From: an uncultured Ignavibacteriales bacterium
GTDB taxonomy: Bacteria; Zixibacteria; MSB-5A5; GN15; FEB-12
Assembly (NCBI GenBank): GCA_964464605.1
Contig: CAYXJN010000001.1
Span: 131,068 to 195,067, forward strand
Direction: 5' to 3'
DNA: 64,000 bases
Shown here piece by piece: positions 58,600 through 64,000 of this stretch. Below the pieces are notes generated by a model, which had not been told where the DNA came from, searched no databases, and saw only the letters and a list, made by a program, of their open reading frames with translations. A program made the translations under genes and the position numbers. The stretch's first letter is position 1; every line of letters starts with the position of its first letter.

Positions 58600-60429
58600 T
58601 TATCGGTGTCCGAGATAAAGATTGGCATGGAATGAATCGATTCGCAACGAATCATTATCTATATGCCCGGAAACATTCTGGAGCAACAACATGGCAGTAA
58701 ACCGATCTATCGATTGGGCAAAAGTCAATTGACTCTGCGGAATCTGTTTACCGGGATTTTGATTGAACAATAGCAACAAGGTGTCTTGCAGTATAAATTC
58801 GAATTGTCCGACCGAGGTTACGCTGTCCTGCCGCAATTCAACACGAAATACATTGGTTGATTGATTAAAATCGGCCAGGCAGCGCAGACTATCGGCAACG
58901 CTGATTTCGAATTTCTTTCCGGTAAACAGTGAATCACCGTGAATATTCACCTGATACTGATATCCGGTAATCGTGAGCAGTGTTGTCTCTTCAGTATTCA
59001 AAAAGAAATACCGGGGTACGCCACCGCCATATTGCGCCATTGGATTTAGTTGAAATCCGAACCAGGTAGCAATCGCATGGCTATTACTCCAGCTGACAGA
59101 GTCTTTCAGCGTTGCAAGTACGCTATCCGGTAACCATGCTTTGAACGCCTCTCCACCATGCCACGCACTGAGGTACGAAATAAGCGAACTCATTTCCTGA
59201 CGATCCTCATACGTAATCTTTGAAGCAGCTTCTTTTTTATCGGTTGCGGTGAGGATTTCATATTTTTCAAGATACTCACCGAGACGGCCGACCTGATCCC
59301 GTTCCGAAACCACAAACGCTCCCCAGGGACCGAAAGCGGACAAGAAAGCCAAAAGACTGATAACGATCGAAACAATACGGATATCTTTTTTGCGGCTAAA
59401 GACGAAATATAAGACAACGATTGTTAATCCGATTGCCATCGCCAAAACGAAATATCGGTTTGGTGTAATGCCGTACTGATTGATACGGTAGGCAATAGCA
59501 AAAAAGAGCATAACGACCAGAGGAATCAAAAGGCGGAAAAACCAGTTGGCGTACGTACGCACCCATTTGCTTGCATTCAGCTCTCGAAGCGGCCAGAGCA
59601 GCAACAAAGCAAGAATACCAACAGCTGAATACCAGAGTATTAATTCTGATACCCATCCCTTCGGCCAGTTCCATGCAGCGATAATTTTGAACTCATATAA
59701 ATAGAGAATGACCAAGTACAATCCGACTAACGGCAGCAGGATATACTGAGAAAAAATCTGTAATCCCCTGGGGTACTCATGCGCTTCGCTAAGGGTGTTA
59801 AGATTTTCAGGCAGTCCAGCCAGGAATATCCATGTATTGATGACCAATGATATAATTATCCACAGTTCGAGATACGAGTCACCATCGATGTCCACTCCAA
59901 AGAGAAAATCCATCGCCGCCAGCGCAATCGCTAAGCCGATAAATAGAACAACTGAATACAACAGTGAGAGAAGAAAACGAAGGAATAGCGTTTTGTTGTA
60001 TTGCCAAAACCCGTTTATCTGTTCTCCACCAAGAAACGGCAGGTAGGCGACAAGGAAATGAAGGGTGATACTGATAAGAACATAGCGCGCCCCTGTTTCA
60101 TTGATGCGAAAGAAATCCTCCGGTAAGGAGAAATAATAACCAGCTAACAGTAGTACCCCTATTCCCTGAAACAGTAACGTCGTTACTTTTGATTTACCGT
60201 TCTTCTCGGCATAGAGTACAGCAACAGTAAAAAGCGGAATGCCGAGTGTACTCGCAGCCAAAATACATTGTAACAGATGTTTCACCGGGCTATCATACGC
60301 CACTTCAGCCAAGGCAACACCAAGTCCGGCCGAAAGAAGTGCGCAAAGCAGTGTTAAAGGAAAACGGCTAAAGGTATGAACGGCTGCTTTTAGGAGTGCG
60401 TCTAAAGATGGGAATTTGCCAATTTGCAT
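58600..60429 (-). CDS. DUF4153-like polytopic membrane protein
   Basis: RFP at N-terminus, YIL.PL..LYL.ILY.Y..KI, RI.QYG.T..RY, FGPW; soluble C-terminal domain. Confidence 0.75.
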   Translation of the reverse strand: MQIGKFPSLDALLKAAVHTFSRFPLTLLCALLSAGLGVALAEVAYDSPVKHLLQCILAASTLGIPLFTVAVLYAEKNGKSKVTTLLFQGIGVLLLAGYYFSLPEDFFRINETGARYVLISITLHFLVAYLPFLGGEQINGFWQYNKTLFLRFLLSLLYSVVLFIGLAIALAAMDFLFGVDIDGDSYLELWIIISLVINTWIFLAGLPENLNTLSEAHEYPRGLQIFSQYILLPLVGLYLVILYLYEFKIIAAWNWPKGWVSELILWYSAVGILALLLLWPLRELNASKWVRTYANWFFRLLIPLVVMLFFAIAYRINQYGITPNRYFVLAMAIGLTIVVLYFVFSRKKDIRIVSIVISLLAFLSAFGPWGAFVVSERDQVGRLGEYLEKYEILTATDKKEAASKITYEDRQEMSSLISYLSAWHGGEAFKAWLPDSVLATLKDSVSWSNSHAIATWFGFQLNPMAQYGGGVPRYFFLNTEETTLLTITGYQYQVNIHGDSLFTGKKFEISVADSLRCLADFNQSTNVFRVELRQDSVTSVGQFEFILQDTLLLLFNQNPGKQIPQSQLTFAQSIDRFTAMLLLQNVSGHIDNDSLRIDSFHANLYLGHR

Positions 60430-60515
60430 ACGATACCACTCGTGTCCGAGTTGTACCAAGATCGGGTATCAAACGTGCAATGTCAGCAAAAAAGTCGACC
60501 CGGAATATTCTTACC

Positions 60516-60986
60516 TTACGTCCTTGCAATCCTGGCAATTTGGCGAACCCCTCCCAAGTGATAGGCCGTATGCACGATAATCGCCAATGCGCCGCCGAGA
60601 CGGCTTTCATCATTCCAATCAGTCTTTTTGAACTTTTCTGAGAGTCGGTCATAATCCTCTTTTAGCTGATCACGCAACGAGTTCCACTCATGGTCGTTCA
60701 CCGTTTTGACAAGCCAGCTTTGGCTCCAGTCGGTTTCTTTTGGCGGATTCTTATCCATGTATGCTTCCAGAATCCGGATATAAAAGCGGGTATGCTCAAC
60801 GTGCCCGGCAATAGTGGTGCCGGTCGACGTTAGCGACCGGGATGCTTCCGCTGCTGAAAGCGGCGCAAGTGTTTCAAAAAAAGAGGTCCCGCCATCAAGA
60901 TAAATCCCGTTCACCTTTTCAAAAGTCTCTTGCAGTAGGCCCATAATTTGAGCGCCAAGTAATTCTGAACTGATTTGGTTCGACAT
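60516..60986 (-). CDS. DinB/YfiT-like four-helix protein
   Basis: TIAGHVEH, HTAYHLGGVRQ metal-His pattern. Confidence 0.75.
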   Translation of the reverse strand: MSNQISSELLGAQIMGLLQETFEKVNGIYLDGGTSFFETLAPLSAAEASRSLTSTGTTIAGHVEHTRFYIRILEAYMDKNPPKETDWSQSWLVKTVNDHEWNSLRDQLKEDYDRLSEKFKKTDWNDESRLGGALAIIVHTAYHLGGVRQIARIART

Positions 60987-61151
60987 ACCATCCTCCGTAA
61001 TTACCAACAGGCAACCGGTACAATAATTCAGTCCGTGACTAAAGAAGGCAAGGAAAGAAAGTACAATGTGATAATGCCTGATTTAGTCCAATCTTGACCG
61101 GGTATGCAGTATGCCGTATTCTGGCTCGTGCAATTCAATCCCGTTTCAGCG

Positions 61152-62699
61152 ATGCGCGAAGCTTCCGTTACTGATATCCGCGCCAAACTCTCCGGTACCC
61201 AGTGGTTTCTTGTTATCCTTGCCTGCTTTGCTTTCGCGCTTAAATTCGGATTGAACTACGCAGAGAGTAATCAGAATCAATACCTGCTTCCGGCCCTCAA
61301 GGCACTGCATCCTGATTTGTTTACCCGTGACTGGACAGTCAACGGCCACACCATTTTTCATATTCTCTTCCCCGCAATTTCAGAGTTCCTGTTACTACTT
61401 TCACCCGAAGGGTGGGGATTCGCCATTGCGAATGTTATTACCTCTGCGTTAGTCGGTTTTCTGATTTTTCTTGTCATTCGCACTATTGTCGAACCGAATT
61501 ATCTTATGCCGACATTTCTGATTGTAATCACGATTTCCGGATTGACGATTACCAAAAGCGCCGGAACAGTGTACATCTGCTCCACGATTTTTCAACCGTC
61601 GACATTGGGAGCGCTTGGATTTTTAGCCGGAATTTACTTTTTCATACAAGAGCGGTATCTGCTTTCGGGCCTATGTTTGGCGTTGGGGGGAATAAATCAT
61701 GCAAACTACCTGATGCTTTCTTTCCCGACGTTTGGGTTGGCGCATCTGTTACTGGGAAAAAAGCAGCTTTTCACACGATTGCTGTTGCAGTTCACGCTTA
61801 TGATTGCCGCAGTCATCCCGTTTTTACCGCTGATGCTGCAAATCGCCAATTCACCGGATGCCGCTTTGGCGAATCATATCTATGTCGACATTCGTTTACC
61901 GCACCACCACAATCCAGCCTGGTTTTGGCAAAGTCTGGTGGCCTTCGGTGTAATCGTATCAATTTGCTTGTTTGCAGGCTGGCGATACATCGGCAACCGC
62001 CTGGCGCAAACACATCTAAAAGCAATTACGTATGCCATGATTGCGGGAATCGTACTTGGTCTGTTATTCACGACGGTTATATTTTCGTACAGCGTCGCCC
62101 GTTTTATGCCCTGGCGAACGACTCCGTTTGTATTACTCATTGCACATATCGTAGGTGTCTATGGTTTATTGAAATTAGTAATGGCTACGACATGGAAACG
62201 GCATGCATATTCACTCGCGCTTGGTATCTGGGTTCTTGGTGGTCTTGGTCCGTTAGCTCTGCTTTACAAAAATTCAAATCTCCTGTCCGGTTACGGTAAA
62301 AACGAAACTGAGTTGTACACATGGGCGCGAACGACTGACAAAAACGCCTTGTTTTGTGTTCTTCCGACGATGGAAGATTTTCGTATTCAAAGTCAGCGTT
62401 CGGTATTTATCGACTGGAAACCTGCTCCCTCAATGCCGTCGGAAATTGTGGAGTGGTATCATCGCATGGAAGCAATCAGCGGAGTCGAAGGGTTTACTCA
62501 TCTGCAGCAAACTATTGACGGCTACAACAGCATGACTCAGGAACGGCTGAACATACTCTGCGAGATGTATGGGATCAATTATGTGGTGCTACGACGTGAT
62601 TGGATGAAACTACCACTTGACGCACCTACAGTATTTGAAAATCAAATCTATCGCGTGGTAAAAGCCGGAGCATGCGGCGATTCTTTACTGAATCACTAA
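61152..62699 (+). CDS. Polytopic membrane protein, DUF6798-like / possible GT-C
   Basis: About 12 TMs, LFTRDW, RLPHH, C-terminal periplasmic RSVFIDWK..P...EWY.R; start uncertain (61104 or 61152). Confidence 0.55.
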   Translation: MREASVTDIRAKLSGTQWFLVILACFAFALKFGLNYAESNQNQYLLPALKALHPDLFTRDWTVNGHTIFHILFPAISEFLLLLSPEGWGFAIANVITSALVGFLIFLVIRTIVEPNYLMPTFLIVITISGLTITKSAGTVYICSTIFQPSTLGALGFLAGIYFFIQERYLLSGLCLALGGINHANYLMLSFPTFGLAHLLLGKKQLFTRLLLQFTLMIAAVIPFLPLMLQIANSPDAALANHIYVDIRLPHHHNPAWFWQSLVAFGVIVSICLFAGWRYIGNRLAQTHLKAITYAMIAGIVLGLLFTTVIFSYSVARFMPWRTTPFVLLIAHIVGVYGLLKLVMATTWKRHAYSLALGIWVLGGLGPLALLYKNSNLLSGYGKNETELYTWARTTDKNALFCVLPTMEDFRIQSQRSVFIDWKPAPSMPSEIVEWYHRMEAISGVEGFTHLQQTIDGYNSMTQERLNILCEMYGINYVVLRRDWMKLPLDAPTVFENQIYRVVKAGACGDSLLNH

Positions 62700-62712
62700 G
62701 ACAGGCAAAGCA

Positions 62713-63207
62713 CTATTTGGCGATTCGGGCGAAATAGAACTCGTTTATTCTCGGAGCGCCGTTCAGCATACCTTCTGTTTTCACATACAGCGAATCATTG
62801 CCGCGTCGACTGCAGGTGACTGTTGTCGGAAATTCGGGGCCGGTATTGGTAAAGACAGTAGTGGTTGAATCCTGAACGGTTTCTTTAAACCGCATCGTCA
62901 ATTGAAGCATCGTCGATGTCCCGGACAAAATGAGCCCGGAATCAGATTCAACAGCCGTTGCCCGCGCATAGACAATTGTATCCTGACCATGAACAACTGA
63001 GTGCACACCGGAAAGAGTACGGTTATTTTGCAATTCCCACTTTTGGATATGGGCATTCTTAAAGGTGGTCATTTTCCATGTCCCAACCAGATATTTCAGA
63101 TTGTCGACAGTCCCGCGATTTTGAGCCGGCTGGTCATCCTTGGCAAACAATAAACTGAATAAAAGAACAAACGTGAGAAGAGTGGTCGTAACAAATGTCT
63201 TAAACAT
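62713..63207 (-). CDS. Secreted DUF6265-like protein
   Basis: Signal peptide; L.YLVGTW, FTN.GPEFP..V, DSL.V..EG. Confidence 0.55.
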   Translation of the reverse strand: MFKTFVTTTLLTFVLLFSLLFAKDDQPAQNRGTVDNLKYLVGTWKMTTFKNAHIQKWELQNNRTLSGVHSVVHGQDTIVYARATAVESDSGLILSGTSTMLQLTMRFKETVQDSTTTVFTNTGPEFPTTVTCSRRGNDSLYVKTEGMLNGAPRINEFYFARIAK

Positions 63208-63262
63208 GACAGCTAATCTCCTTGCAACTTATACACATCCCGACAACGTAGGTTCGGGATCG

Positions 63263-64000
63263 TTATTTTTTCTTCAGGGCGTTCTGATCGAATCCGTTTT
63301 GATGCAGGATCAGTTTTTCTACTTTCCCGGTACTGTCTTTCACAAAACTAATTTGGGCATCGACAACTTTTAAGAAAAACTTGGAGTCGGATTGCGGAAA
63401 CAATGAATACACTTCCTGCCCGGTCAACTGCGCTTTTAACCCACCGTTCTCATAGGTGATGGTCAAAGCTACCGCAGGATTGAATTCGTAAACGCCAACG
63501 TATGATTGCAATATCAGCGTATCAACTGTGACTGCTGCCTTGCGCGCTGGCGGCGTAAGTTCTTTTCCTAATGCCAAAACGGCAAGCTGTTCTCCTAAAG
63601 TGGTAATTTGATTATGGACGCCGGTGTTGCATAAGACGACGACGGCGAGCGCGCTATCCGGAATAACCACCATCATACCCGAGTAGCCGCCGGTCCCGCC
63701 GTTGTGCCAGCGACTGCTGCCATCCCGGGCGATATGCCAGGCAAGCCCAACAGCTGGACTGCTTGCAGAAATGAAATGCTGTTTATGCGCTAAAGCAAAA
63801 CTTGCACCCAACGGCTCGGCGCTGTAATTCATGCTGGCAATTGCGTAGTCGAGCATATCGTCACAGGTTGAGCGAAATGCCCCCGCGCCAGCCAATGAAG
63901 GCATATCCCAATTCTTGGCTTCATTCAGATCGCCGTCATACGGTGATGCCATCCGCGATTTCATTTCGGCAGTCAGCGTAATGCGCGTATCCGACATTTT
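63263..64000 (-). CDS. Serine hydrolase (beta-lactamase class C-like) with C-terminal DUF3471-like domain, 5'-truncated
   Basis: AGAGAFRST..DML, WHNGGTGGY, VVVLCN, YVGVYEF...FFLKVVDAQISF...LHQNG. Confidence 0.88.
   Translation of the reverse strand, partial: KMSDTRITLTAEMKSRMASPYDGDLNEAKNWDMPSLAGAGAFRSTCDDMLDYAIASMNYSAEPLGASFALAHKQHFISASSPAVGLAWHIARDGSSRWHNGGTGGYSGMMVVIPDSALAVVVLCNTGVHNQITTLGEQLAVLALGKELTPPARKAAVTVDTLILQSYVGVYEFNPAVALTITYENGGLKAQLTGQEVYSLFPQSDSKFFLKVVDAQISFVKDSTGKVEKLILHQNGFDQNALKKK

Noticed and set aside
61412..62299. 295-aa same-strand alternative-frame ORF inside the membrane protein gene
   Set aside because: Fully nested, no recognisable motifs, Cys/Arg/Ser-rich composition typical of the off-frame reading of a hydrophobic gene
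35294..63207. Two DUF6265-like paralogs as a recent duplication
   Set aside because: Only scattered motif similarity, about 27 kb apart, no nucleotide repeat seen; ordinary old paralogy
63237..63260. ATCCCGA-N10-TCGGGAT hairpin between two minus-strand genes
   Set aside because: Single short stem with no U-tract; cannot tell a REP remnant from chance

Overview
Gene-dense bacterial chromosomal window with about 55 CDS. I saw no rRNA, tRNA, CRISPR array, prophage, integrase or transposase. A secreted protein with a C-terminal FlgD-Ig/'secretion-tail' domain (QNYPNPFNPTTTI...KKMILLK) and Hanks-kinase/PD40 fusions suggest an FCB-related lineage such as Zixibacteria; this is inference. Recognisable content: a YbhGFSR-like ABC exporter, ettA, nrfHA (CXXCH active-site variant), CPD photolyase, a stand-alone rpsD with a DEAD-box helicase, carAB, two large Ser/Thr kinases, and a sixA-ppk1-ppx-CHAD polyphosphate operon in which ppk1 has one in-frame TAA. 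The best candidate for an undescribed system is a minus-strand operon at 6188-11212. It encodes an Ala-rich helical lipoprotein (followed by its own terminator), a YafK/DpaA-type L,D-transpeptidase-fold lipoprotein, an ErfK-type L,D-transpeptidase, an apparently catalytically dead LDT-like protein, and a KUP/KimA-like K+ transporter with a USP-like domain. It may be a turgor-linked outer membrane-peptidoglycan tethering module. A second signal is a recurring sigma-28 (FliA/WhiG)-type promoter, T[AC]AAG-N14-[GA]CCGATA[GC]. It lies divergently between amino-sugar genes and upstream of a STAS-HATPase-STAS/histidine kinase pair, mostly 7-9 nt from a start codon.
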